Of a stretch of DNA of 64,000 nt, positions 48,360 through 56,554 are shown piece after piece (the first letter of the stretch is position 1; the number at the start of each line of letters is the position of its first letter). A program made the position numbers and the translations under genes. Under the pieces are notes generated by a model. The model searched no databases, was not told the DNA's origin, and saw only the letters and a program-made list of their open reading frames with translations. Location: NCBI GenBank assembly GCA_022565335.1, contig JAIUMY010000001.1:87856-151855 (forward strand), written 5' to 3'. The DNA is from Opitutales bacterium. Its GTDB lineage: Bacteria; Verrucomicrobiota; Verrucomicrobiia; Opitutales; T3Sed10-336.

Positions 48360-49058
48360 TGTTCTGATCATCGACACGGATGAGCAGAAGGGGATTTGAC
48401 CCGTACTCCTCCTTCGGATGCGGGCAAATCGGACTACCGTTTCGATGTGGAATTGTCGGCGGAGGGCGAGTTATCGGGTTGGATGGACCTTTCGTCCGAC
48501 GCTTTTTATGCAAGCATGATGAAGTCCCGTTTCGTGAGCGAAGACCGCGAGAATTTACACCGTGAAGTGGAACGATAGGTCCGCTTTTTCATCGAGCAGG
48601 CGGAACTCGTCGATTTTGTTTTTGCGGAAACAAACGGGCGGAGTTTCGGCCTTCGCCCGTTTTTCTTTAGTCCGGACACTATTCCTTCGTTGGGGGAGAT
48701 TTCGAATCTGGGTTGGCCAAAGGTGGATTGGCTTCTTCCATCGGCAGGGGATCAAAAAGACCTCGAATTTCCGGCTTTTCTTTGGCACGACCGGGTACGG
48801 GTGGCGTTCGAACTGAGCTTGGCGAATGGTTGGGAAGTGGTACAGGTTCCCCGTAAGTTCGAGGTGGAAACGAAAACCTTTAACGGGGAAATCGTTTGGG
48901 AGGTAAACGAGGAAAACAAAAAGGTGACCCGGCATTTCGACTCCCTGCTTCATCAATTATTGATTCAACCCGATGAGTTCAAAATTCTCCATCAATCCTG
49001 TACCGAAGACGTAAGTCTTTGGAGTGTTGGTCGGCGGCTACGGCGTTCCATACTCTGA
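48346..49058 (+). pseudogene. Decayed 3' fragment of a transglutaminase/DUF3857-type protein C-terminal domain
   Basis: LADRDVLIIDTDEQKGI, then a 1-nt frameshift near 48395, then LTRTPP...VELSAEGELSG...EVER, an in-frame TAG at 48576-48578, and VRFFIEQ... continuing into the 48690-49058 ORF. Family call is tentative. Confidence 0.55.
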
Positions 49059-49517
49059 GGAGTAATCATTCATGTCGAGGGTCTCGAAAACACCAAAAAT
49101 CGAATAATCTCGACTATTGGAGGTGAGAAGGCGGGTAATGCCGTGGGTGATATAAATGGAGGCGATCCGCGTGTCATTGATACGTTTGCGTCCCAGCCGG
49201 TGTTCGATCATCCAGTCGAAATGTTGTCGCAGGCTCGCCTCAGTGGCAGCATACAAAACGGTTTCCTGACTGTTTGTCCAAATCCGGGCAAGCTGAATCG
49301 CCCGGGACATCGTTAGCGGGATTTCAAAACGCTTAGGGTCCGTCACAACATGCAAAAATTCATCGATGACAGTGGAGCAGAGCGCAAATGTATGATTGTG
49401 GTGCAAAAGATTTTCGCAGCAGTTCACGGCTAGCCTATGCTCGGGATGCTCCTGCACGGTGTGGGCAATGAGAAAGGGCGTATCGATGCCAATCAGGGAA
49501 AGCTTTTTGGATTGCAT
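49038..49517 (-). CDS. vapC: PIN-domain toxin (VapC-like)
   Basis: GIDTPFL, VIDEFLHVVT, NDTRIA and LLTSNSRDY supply the PIN acidic residues; lies 5 nt downstream of a small RHH gene. Confidence 0.88.
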   Translation of the reverse strand: MQSKKLSLIGIDTPFLIAHTVQEHPEHRLAVNCCENLLHHNHTFALCSTVIDEFLHVVTDPKRFEIPLTMSRAIQLARIWTNSQETVLYAATEASLRQHFDWMIEHRLGRKRINDTRIASIYITHGITRLLTSNSRDYSIFGVFETLDMNDYSSEYGTP

Positions 49518-49522
49518 CCGAA

Positions 49523-49762
49523 TTAAAGGTGGATCATTTCCCCGAGAATGTCGTTATCGCTCTCCAGCGGAGTGAGGATTCGCCCCACGGATTCGGACTG
49601 GAGTTCCCGTAAACTCCGGGATTCCATCTCCCGAATTTTCTTTTCGCGGTAAAATTCCATCGCTTCCCGTATCAGTTCAGCCGTTTTACGGTCCTGCCGA
49701 CGGGCTTGTTCCTTAAATTCCCGGTAGGTGGATTCTGACACATTGACGGTAATGGGTTTCAT
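49523..49762 (-). CDS. Ribbon-helix-helix (CopG-like) antitoxin
   Basis: MKPITVNVSESTYREFKEQARRQDRKTAELIREAM has the RHH pattern; 79 aa, directly upstream of the PIN gene. Confidence 0.85.
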   Translation of the reverse strand: MKPITVNVSESTYREFKEQARRQDRKTAELIREAMEFYREKKIREMESRSLRELQSESVGRILTPLESDNDILGEMIHL

Positions 49763-49768
49763 ACATTA

Positions 49769-49797
49769 AAACAACCATATGTTTGCGCCAGGGTCAA
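49769..49797 (-). promoter_or_regulatory. Putative TA autoregulatory operator and -35 element
   Basis: Inverted repeat AAACA-N6-TGTTT at 49769-49784 just upstream of the antitoxin ATG; TTGACC on the minus strand at 49792-49797. Confidence 0.45.
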
Positions 49798-50120
49798 GTC
49801 TTGATATCGACGAATGGTGGGAGCCATACTGGCCCCTTCTTCGTAAAGAACATCGTTTAATGAGAGATTTGCGTTCAGGAACATAAAGGCCTCATTTCCT
49901 TATTTTTGCCCCAAAGCGGGTGCTTCGATGTTCGGTTGAGTTTGCGAAATCCCATCGCGACGGGACGCGAAGTACTTCAGCGCCAGGCTTATGTAACGCC
50001 CTCCCTCTTCTCTCCGCGCAACCGCTTCAGCGGCCGTGCGAAAGGCAAAATCTTGCCTAATCTCCACAAGGCGTCATATTTTCCCTACCGACTCTTTCTT
50101 GCCCAAACCTCTTTCTTTTT

Positions 50121-51023
50121 ATGAATTCCCTCATTGCGACCATCCAACCGACCGAAGACCCTTGGTGGTATTCCCTCTGGAGCACCACCTTTGACATGGG
50201 GAGTTTCGCCATAACCATCCCCTCCCTCCTCAGCGGTTTGGTTCTCTTTATTTTGGTTTGGCTTGCCAGCAGGTTTTTGAAACGTCTCCTCGCCCGCCGG
50301 GTTTTTCCCCGCATCGGTCTGAGCCACGGTGCAAGCCTGGCCACCGCAGCCCTCATTGGGTATGCGATTCTCTTTATCGGACTCCTGACCATTCTGCCCA
50401 TCGCTTTGCCAGGCTTTAATCTGGCGACCCTGTCGGTCATCGCTGGTGCCCTGTCTTTCGGTATTGGTTTTGGTCTCCGCAATATAGCCGATAATTTCGT
50501 CTCGGGACTCATCCTTCTAACCGAGCGGCCCATCAAAATCGGGGACCGCATTGAGATCGACAATCTACAGGGAACGGTTGTAGGAATCCGCGCCCGCAGC
50601 ACTACGGTCAGAACCAATGACAATATCGATATTATTGTTCCAAACTCCCAATTTGTTGATAACCGGATTACCAATCTCAGTCACAACGACAATCGTATTC
50701 GCTTTCGAATTCCCGTGGGAGTTCACTATAAAAGCGATATTGAAAAAGTCGAAAAAGCCCTGTTCGAAGCCGCCGCCAACTGCCCCAATGCCCTACCCTC
50801 TCCCCCTCCGGCGGTCCGCTTTCTGGAATTCGGGGATTCCTCTTTGAACTTCGAACTCCGCGTATGGAGCGAAGCCCTCCAACCCCGCCCCAACGCCTTT
50901 GTCTCCGAGGTAAACAAAGCCATCTGGCACAGTTTTAAAAAGAACGGAATCGAAATTCCCTACCCCCAACGCGATCTCTACGTAAAACAGTGGCCCTCCC
51001 CGCCCGAAATGAGCACGAATTAA
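50121..51023 (+). CDS. mscS: Small-conductance mechanosensitive channel MscS family
   Basis: GIGFGLRNIADNFVSG, ERPIKIGD, IIVPNSQF, VGVHY, EFGDSSLNFEL and IEIPYPQRD. Confidence 0.93.
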   Translation: MNSLIATIQPTEDPWWYSLWSTTFDMGSFAITIPSLLSGLVLFILVWLASRFLKRLLARRVFPRIGLSHGASLATAALIGYAILFIGLLTILPIALPGFNLATLSVIAGALSFGIGFGLRNIADNFVSGLILLTERPIKIGDRIEIDNLQGTVVGIRARSTTVRTNDNIDIIVPNSQFVDNRITNLSHNDNRIRFRIPVGVHYKSDIEKVEKALFEAAANCPNALPSPPPAVRFLEFGDSSLNFELRVWSEALQPRPNAFVSEVNKAIWHSFKKNGIEIPYPQRDLYVKQWPSPPEMSTN

Positions 51024-51103
51024 GTCCGTCGCCAATCTTACCCCCTCTCTCCTTCGACAATATTTTGGTAATCTTAACTTTTCCTCGCTTCCCTTGAACC
51101 CCT

Positions 51104-51559
51104 TTATCTTGGCTCGAGATGCTCAAGAATGAGTTCCTGCAACGCAGCGAGGAAAACAAACGCGGAATATCCTTTTTGTTCATTTTCACTCATTCCTTTC
51201 AAGGAAAGGTCTCCCTGCTCGAGAATTTCTTCCGGCACTTCGCCTAAGTCTTTTTCACGGATTTGCAAGCGAAACCACGCCGTAGCCCGTAACACCGCCG
51301 AAGCCTGCTGCTCGTCCAGGTGAATGGTGCCGCTTTCAATAAAGCGGCCGTCGAACAACTGGAAAAACTGCTTGCGATCATCTCCGCCGAGGTTCCGCAA
51401 TTCCTGTTCCCACATCTCCACCATCTCGGGATCGAGGTTCTGGTTTTCCTTCACCTGCGGAGGGAAACCGCCCCCCTTGGAATTCGCCGCCAACTCGCGC
51501 AAATAATCCAACAAGGGAGCAACAAGGGAACGGTGCAGCTTAACCTCAATTTTCTTCAT
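51104..51559 (-). CDS. Hypothetical protein coupled to clpS (DUF2017-like)
   Basis: Overlaps the clpS stop; C-terminal Y..F.FLAALQELILEHL helix resembles DUF2017 proteins. Tentative. Confidence 0.6.
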   Translation of the reverse strand: MKKIEVKLHRSLVAPLLDYLRELAANSKGGGFPPQVKENQNLDPEMVEMWEQELRNLGGDDRKQFFQLFDGRFIESGTIHLDEQQASAVLRATAWFRLQIREKDLGEVPEEILEQGDLSLKGMSENEQKGYSAFVFLAALQELILEHLEPR

Positions 51560-51833
51560 CTTTTTCCAGGTAGGCATTCAATTGCCATTGGTGCAGTTGA
51601 TACACATAGTTTTCCGCAACTTCCCGCGGCCCGGCCCAAAGAACCGAACGGCCTTGCTCATGAACCTCCAACATGTGTTTACGCGCTTTGGGTTCATCAA
51701 AACCAAAAACCTTTCGAAACACCAAAACCACATAGCTCATCAGATTGACCGGATCGTTCATGACGATTACTTTCCAAGGTGGCTGAAGGGAGGTCTTGGC
51801 CTCGGTTTTGGTTTCCGGCTCAGTTACGGGCAT
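51546..51833 (-). CDS. clpS: ATP-dependent Clp protease adaptor ClpS
   Basis: WKVIVMNDPVNLMSYV, MLEVHEQGRS and AENYVYQL. Start re-set to ATG 51833. Confidence 0.93.
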   Translation of the reverse strand: MPVTEPETKTEAKTSLQPPWKVIVMNDPVNLMSYVVLVFRKVFGFDEPKARKHMLEVHEQGRSVLWAGPREVAENYVYQLHQWQLNAYLEKDEEN

Positions 51834-51910
51834 AGGATTGATGCTAAAGAATAGACGGTGGAGACGGCAAGGATGGAAACACCAACAACCCCCTGTGCGG
51901 TTAGGGCCGC

Positions 51911-53104
51911 TCAATCAATATATTGAGCTTCGACAAGATCGGCTTTGTCTTGTTGGCTCAACTGGCCCACTCCGGCTTTCAAGGGATAACGGTATTCCTT
52001 TCCGGCAAAGTTCCGCACCACCAACTCCTCGTCGGTAATTTTTTTCACGTACTCAGGGTTGAGCGGGACTTTTCCGCCACCGCCGGGGGCATCAACGACA
52101 AACTGGGGAATGGCATACCCGGTAGTATGACCACGAAGCGACTCAATAATTTCCAACCCCTTGCGAGGATCGACCCGCAAATGCGAACTTCCGGTGATCA
52201 GATCGCATTGATACAAATAATAGGGCCGAACCCGCATCCGCAGGAGGCGGTGCACCAGGGATTTCATAATCCCGGCATCGTCGTTAACTCCTTTCAGAAG
52301 AACCGATTGGTTGCCCAGGGGCACCCCTGCCTTGGCCAGCCGGTCACAGGCCTCTTTGAGTTCGAGGGTGCACTCCTTGGGGTGATTCACATGAATGCTC
52401 ATCCAAATCGGTCCATGACGGTCAAAAATATCCCCTAGTTCAGGTGTAATGCGCTGCGGCAAAAACACCGGAATCCGCGATCCGATACGGATAAACTCCA
52501 AATGCGGAATGGCCCGTAAGCGTCCCAACAGATAATCCAGTTTGCGGTCCGCCAAGAGCAAGGGGTCGCCTCCACTGAGAAGGACATCCCGGATCTCCGG
52601 ATGACTCTCAATATATCGTAAACCTTGCTCAAATTCGGGATGAAAATCATACCCCTGGCTGTTACTCACCAGACGACTGCGAGTACAGTAGCGGCAGTAG
52701 GCTGCACAACGGTCGGTGACTAAAAACAGAACCCGGTCCGGATACCGGTGTACCAACCCCGGGACCGGCATATTGCCGTCTTCCCCGCAAGGATCGAGCA
52801 TTTCCTCGGGCGAGGTGGTCATTTCCTCGACCCGGGGAATCACCTGCCGCCGGATCGGACAATGCGGGTCTTCAGTATCGACCAAATTGAAAAAGTATGG
52901 CGTGATCGCCAAAGCCAATTTTTTATTAGCAAAGTAGCATCCCTGTTTCTCTTCAGGAGTAAGCTCCATCAAATCTTCAAGCTGCTCCACCCGGGTAATC
53001 CGGTTTTTCAACTGCCACGTCCAATTACGCCAGTCTTCCGCAGGGATGTGCTCCCAAAGCCCCTGCCCCGCGAACCAGCTAGATCGGTCTTCCTGATAAC
53101 TCAT
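51911..53104 (-). CDS. kamA: KamA-family radical SAM protein (lysine 2,3-aminomutase type)
   Basis: HRYPDRVL, CAAYCRYC, LSGGDPL, HVNHPKE, PYYLYQCD and VVDAPGGGGKVP (PLP Lys). Confidence 0.9.
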   Translation of the reverse strand: MSYQEDRSSWFAGQGLWEHIPAEDWRNWTWQLKNRITRVEQLEDLMELTPEEKQGCYFANKKLALAITPYFFNLVDTEDPHCPIRRQVIPRVEEMTTSPEEMLDPCGEDGNMPVPGLVHRYPDRVLFLVTDRCAAYCRYCTRSRLVSNSQGYDFHPEFEQGLRYIESHPEIRDVLLSGGDPLLLADRKLDYLLGRLRAIPHLEFIRIGSRIPVFLPQRITPELGDIFDRHGPIWMSIHVNHPKECTLELKEACDRLAKAGVPLGNQSVLLKGVNDDAGIMKSLVHRLLRMRVRPYYLYQCDLITGSSHLRVDPRKGLEIIESLRGHTTGYAIPQFVVDAPGGGGKVPLNPEYVKKITDEELVVRNFAGKEYRYPLKAGVGQLSQQDKADLVEAQYID

Positions 53105-53194
53105 GATCCTTTCAGTTTGAGGAAAGACCCTTATCTGTCAAATGACGAGAGCACCTGAACGTCAACAGGGTTGTCCCTTCTGGTTTTATTCTAC

Positions 53195-53980
53195 TCATTT
53201 TTCCAGAAAGCCGCGGACTGCCTGCACGAAAGCCCCTTTGTTGTCCACGTGCACATTGTGACCCGCGGCAGGAATGGTTATCGCCTTGAGAGCAGGGAAA
53301 TATTTTTCGGCTAATTGGACCTCAGCCTCACTGACAAACGTACTTTCCGCCCCGCGAACCAGCAGGGTGGGCCCTTTGAATCGATCTTCCGAAGCCAAAG
53401 GGGATTTTGCCAGCGAAACCAAATTCTCCCGCAATACCGGAAGATTGACCTGCCATTCCCATGCCTTCCCGCGACGCCGCAAATTGGTCAGCAGAAACTG
53501 ACGCATCGCCCAATCGGAAATATCCTTGGCCAGGATTTCATCCGCCTCCCGACGATTTTGCAGGAGAGGCAAAGGTAAACCGGCCAACGCCTCGACCTCC
53601 CTCGCATGGTAGGGGTCATGATCGCCGGGGCCAATATCCACGATCACCAGCGTGGAAACCCTTTCCGGGTGATCCACGGCATAGCGCATCGAAGCCTTCC
53701 CCCCCATGCTATGTCCGAGAAGCACCATTTGCGACCATCCCTGCTCAACGCGAAAGGCCTCCAAATCCGCACTCATTGCCTCGTAGGAATGAACCGGATC
53801 ATGCGGAGAACTCCCATGATTGCGTAAGTCCAAAACCCAAACTTGGTATCGCCCCGCCAGTTCAGCGCCAGCGGTTGCCCAATTCCGGGACGATCCCAGC
53901 ATCCCATGCAGAATGACCAGCGGGGGGCCCTGGCCTGGCCCACCCAAACAACGCGCTGCCAGTGAAAGAGGTTTCATCAA
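53195..53980 (-). CDS. Alpha/beta hydrolase (YbfF-like esterase)
   Basis: LHGMLGS, DLRNHG, GHSMGGK nucleophile elbow, VDIGP and AGHNVH. Confidence 0.92.
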   Translation of the reverse strand: MMKPLSLAARCLGGPGQGPPLVILHGMLGSSRNWATAGAELAGRYQVWVLDLRNHGSSPHDPVHSYEAMSADLEAFRVEQGWSQMVLLGHSMGGKASMRYAVDHPERVSTLVIVDIGPGDHDPYHAREVEALAGLPLPLLQNRREADEILAKDISDWAMRQFLLTNLRRRGKAWEWQVNLPVLRENLVSLAKSPLASEDRFKGPTLLVRGAESTFVSEAEVQLAEKYFPALKAITIPAAGHNVHVDNKGAFVQAVRGFLEK

Positions 53981-53989
53981 AGGACCGCT

Positions 53990-56530
53990 TTACGATACCA
54001 CCGAGGAAGAAGCGGGTGTCCCCCCGGTCGGAGGCGTTTTATCTGACCCGATAAACGGGCTGGTCCACACATAGCGACGCAAGAGCGCCAAGGTAACAAA
54101 GGCCGCTTCGAAAAGTACAAACCCCACCATAAAGCCAATGCCTCCAGAGCCAAAACCGTAACTGTGCAGGCCGGCCCCCCAAATGAAATTCACCCCATAC
54201 CAGCAAAGGATGATTCCCTGAAAACCGACAACCGCACCAACCGTGAACCCGAAACCTTTCCACCATCCGGCAAAACGTCCGTGCAGCACTGCGATATACC
54301 CCAACAAAGCGACCAGCGACGCCGTTTCCTTCGGATCCCAGTCCCAGAACCGCCCCCAGGAATAATTTGCCCAAACAGCTCCCAAAAGAACACCGGTAAG
54401 CAATAAAACCACCCCGATTTGTAAAGTCCGGTAGATATAAGTGTAAAGCTCCTCATTGATGGAAAGTTTTCCGCCCCTGAGGATCTGTTTGCCTAAGATA
54501 AAATGCCCCAGCGCAAAGGACAACGCAAAGGCCGCATAACTGATGGTCACCGTCAAAACATGAGTGGTCAACCAGAAGTTGTCCCGTAAAACCGGTACCA
54601 ATGGAGCGATTGTCGGATCCAGAATGACCGGTGCACTTTCCGACAATATAAGCATAAATCCGGCTAGCGGGGCCGCGCTGACCAGAAAATACCGGGCCCG
54701 GTACCGCCACTCAAAAATAAGCGCAAACAACAAGGCCCCCAAGGCCACCCAAAGCACCGTTTCATACATATTGGTCACCGGTGCCCGGCCCGAAATGATC
54801 ACCCGGGCAGCCATCCCGAGAATCATCAGAAGAAGCGCCGAGACGGCCAGAGCATGTCCCCCGATGATGCCGAAACGCCGGCCTTTATACCACGACAAGC
54901 CAATCAACAAGGCCGACAGGAAAGAAAATGCCGCCGCCCATCGGTAGGGCATCCAGGTTTCATACAGAATCTCCGTACGAACCGCCATTGGGGTCAACAT
55001 CCGGTCCGGAGCCATTGCCGCCTGCGCCTCCTTGAACTGGGCCACCGCTTCGACAAAGGTGGTCGAACGCCCTTCTTCGCCATCTTCATAAATCCCCTGC
55101 AATTGCAGAAAAGCGCGTCGCAACGGCTGAAATTCGGAGCTACTGTACAAACGATGTCCGGTTTGCATCGACTCCCAGGTTCCCCGCTCCTCGGTGGGAT
55201 GAGGAACAACCCGAAAAAGACTTCCGGTCGCCATCGAACGGAAGATCTGCAAACGCTGAAAAAGATTGCCCAAATTCTCATAGAAATCATCGACAAGTTC
55301 CCCTCGATTTTCCCGCAGATGATCATTGTAATCCGCCAACAATCCAGAGAAATGAGGATTGTCAAAAATCTCCCGATAGGAAAAACGGGACGTCGTACTG
55401 ACCACTTCCAGCCCCAGGGCCTCCTTGACCTCGACCTCATTGATCAAAATCACCGGTGCATCGCTCCAATCCATATCCCCCAGCCAAAAGCCCGTGATCA
55501 GAGTCATCGCATCAAGACGTCGCCCCTCAAGGGTCAAAGCCCGGCGACCACTCAACGAGAGCATAGTCTCATTCGCCAGGGTGAGCATGGGTTTACGTCG
55601 ACCACCGTGCTGCACGATAACCGTTTCAACCTCGGATAAATCCAGCTCCGGCCAATCCGGAATCCCGCTTTCTTCCTCCTCGTAATCCACTGCCAAAGCA
55701 CCGGTATGCAAAGTGCTCATCGGCCGCTCCTGGCCATCGGTCGCCACCACGCCGTCGGACATCATCTCCGGGGCCCGGGAAGTGGACTCAGGAATCAACT
55801 TTTCCTGCTCCGCCCGCAGGATCTGCGCCGCTTCGCCGAAAGACATTTCCTCTTGTAAGGCAGGCGATTGATAAAACAGCCCGAGTCCCAGATAAACCAT
55901 CTGCAAAGGCTCCAATTGATCCTCACTGTAAAAACGGGCACCCTCTTCGATGGTCACCCATTCCCGGGAAGGGTCGCGGGGATGAGGGACGATTTTCATC
56001 AGTCGCCCACTGGCCACCCCATGATACATCTCCAAAGCCTGATGAAGTTGGTAAAGGTCCCCCAAAAGATCATCGTGCAAATGCCCCTGATTCTCCTCCA
56101 TGTACTCTTGCAGTTCAGTCAAAAGCTCAAGAAACCGTTCATTTTCCACCACCTCGCGGAAAGCGAGGCGCTCTTGATCTGCGGGAACTCCCAAAGCCTC
56201 ACGCAGCTCTGACGAAGGAAGCCGAAAAAGCGGGGCAATTCCCCAATCCTGGTCACTCAGCCACAGCGACGTAAGTAAAATTTCCGGAGTCAACGCCCGA
56301 CCATCGGCCAAGCTCAACGAAGACTCTCCCACCACCTTTGCAAATAATTCGTCGGAAAGGGTCCCCAAAGGAACCACTTCGCCGCCCCGGTGCACTTGGA
56401 TATCTCGTACCGGTCCGTAGTCCAGTTCCGGCCAAGCCGGCGTTGAGGCGGCAGAGAGAGAGGCGAATGACGCCATAATAGCAAAACCAAAGGCAAGTAA
56501 TCCAATCAACGGGATCCGATGTTTTTTCAT
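53990..56530 (-). CDS. ccsA: System II cytochrome c synthase CcsA with tandemly duplicated extracytoplasmic domain
   Basis: Signal/TM at the N-terminus, RAPVTNMYET, PVLRDNFWL..HV, WWD domain WANYSWGRFWDWDPKET and GLHSYG. The two N-terminal repeats both start WPELD. Confidence 0.92.
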   Translation of the reverse strand: MKKHRIPLIGLLAFGFAIMASFASLSAASTPAWPELDYGPVRDIQVHRGGEVVPLGTLSDELFAKVVGESSLSLADGRALTPEILLTSLWLSDQDWGIAPLFRLPSSELREALGVPADQERLAFREVVENERFLELLTELQEYMEENQGHLHDDLLGDLYQLHQALEMYHGVASGRLMKIVPHPRDPSREWVTIEEGARFYSEDQLEPLQMVYLGLGLFYQSPALQEEMSFGEAAQILRAEQEKLIPESTSRAPEMMSDGVVATDGQERPMSTLHTGALAVDYEEEESGIPDWPELDLSEVETVIVQHGGRRKPMLTLANETMLSLSGRRALTLEGRRLDAMTLITGFWLGDMDWSDAPVILINEVEVKEALGLEVVSTTSRFSYREIFDNPHFSGLLADYNDHLRENRGELVDDFYENLGNLFQRLQIFRSMATGSLFRVVPHPTEERGTWESMQTGHRLYSSSEFQPLRRAFLQLQGIYEDGEEGRSTTFVEAVAQFKEAQAAMAPDRMLTPMAVRTEILYETWMPYRWAAAFSFLSALLIGLSWYKGRRFGIIGGHALAVSALLLMILGMAARVIISGRAPVTNMYETVLWVALGALLFALIFEWRYRARYFLVSAAPLAGFMLILSESAPVILDPTIAPLVPVLRDNFWLTTHVLTVTISYAAFALSFALGHFILGKQILRGGKLSINEELYTYIYRTLQIGVVLLLTGVLLGAVWANYSWGRFWDWDPKETASLVALLGYIAVLHGRFAGWWKGFGFTVGAVVGFQGIILCWYGVNFIWGAGLHSYGFGSGGIGFMVGFVLFEAAFVTLALLRRYVWTSPFIGSDKTPPTGGTPASSSVVS

Positions 56531-56554
56531 TTGATGAGAGAGAAGGTAAATGGG

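Noticed and set aside
48576-48578. In-frame TAG as possible pyrrolysine or readthrough recoding
   Set aside because: The same remnant also has a frameshift and lacks its 5' end, all other genes use TAG as a normal stop, and no pyl genes are seen. Decay is the simpler explanation.
49779-49886. 35-aa ORF MFAPGSSLDIDEWWEPYWPLLRKEHRLMRDLRSGT divergent from the antitoxin
   Set aside because: It starts inside the antitoxin promoter/operator, has no ribosome-binding site and no recognisable family. At most it is another gene remnant.
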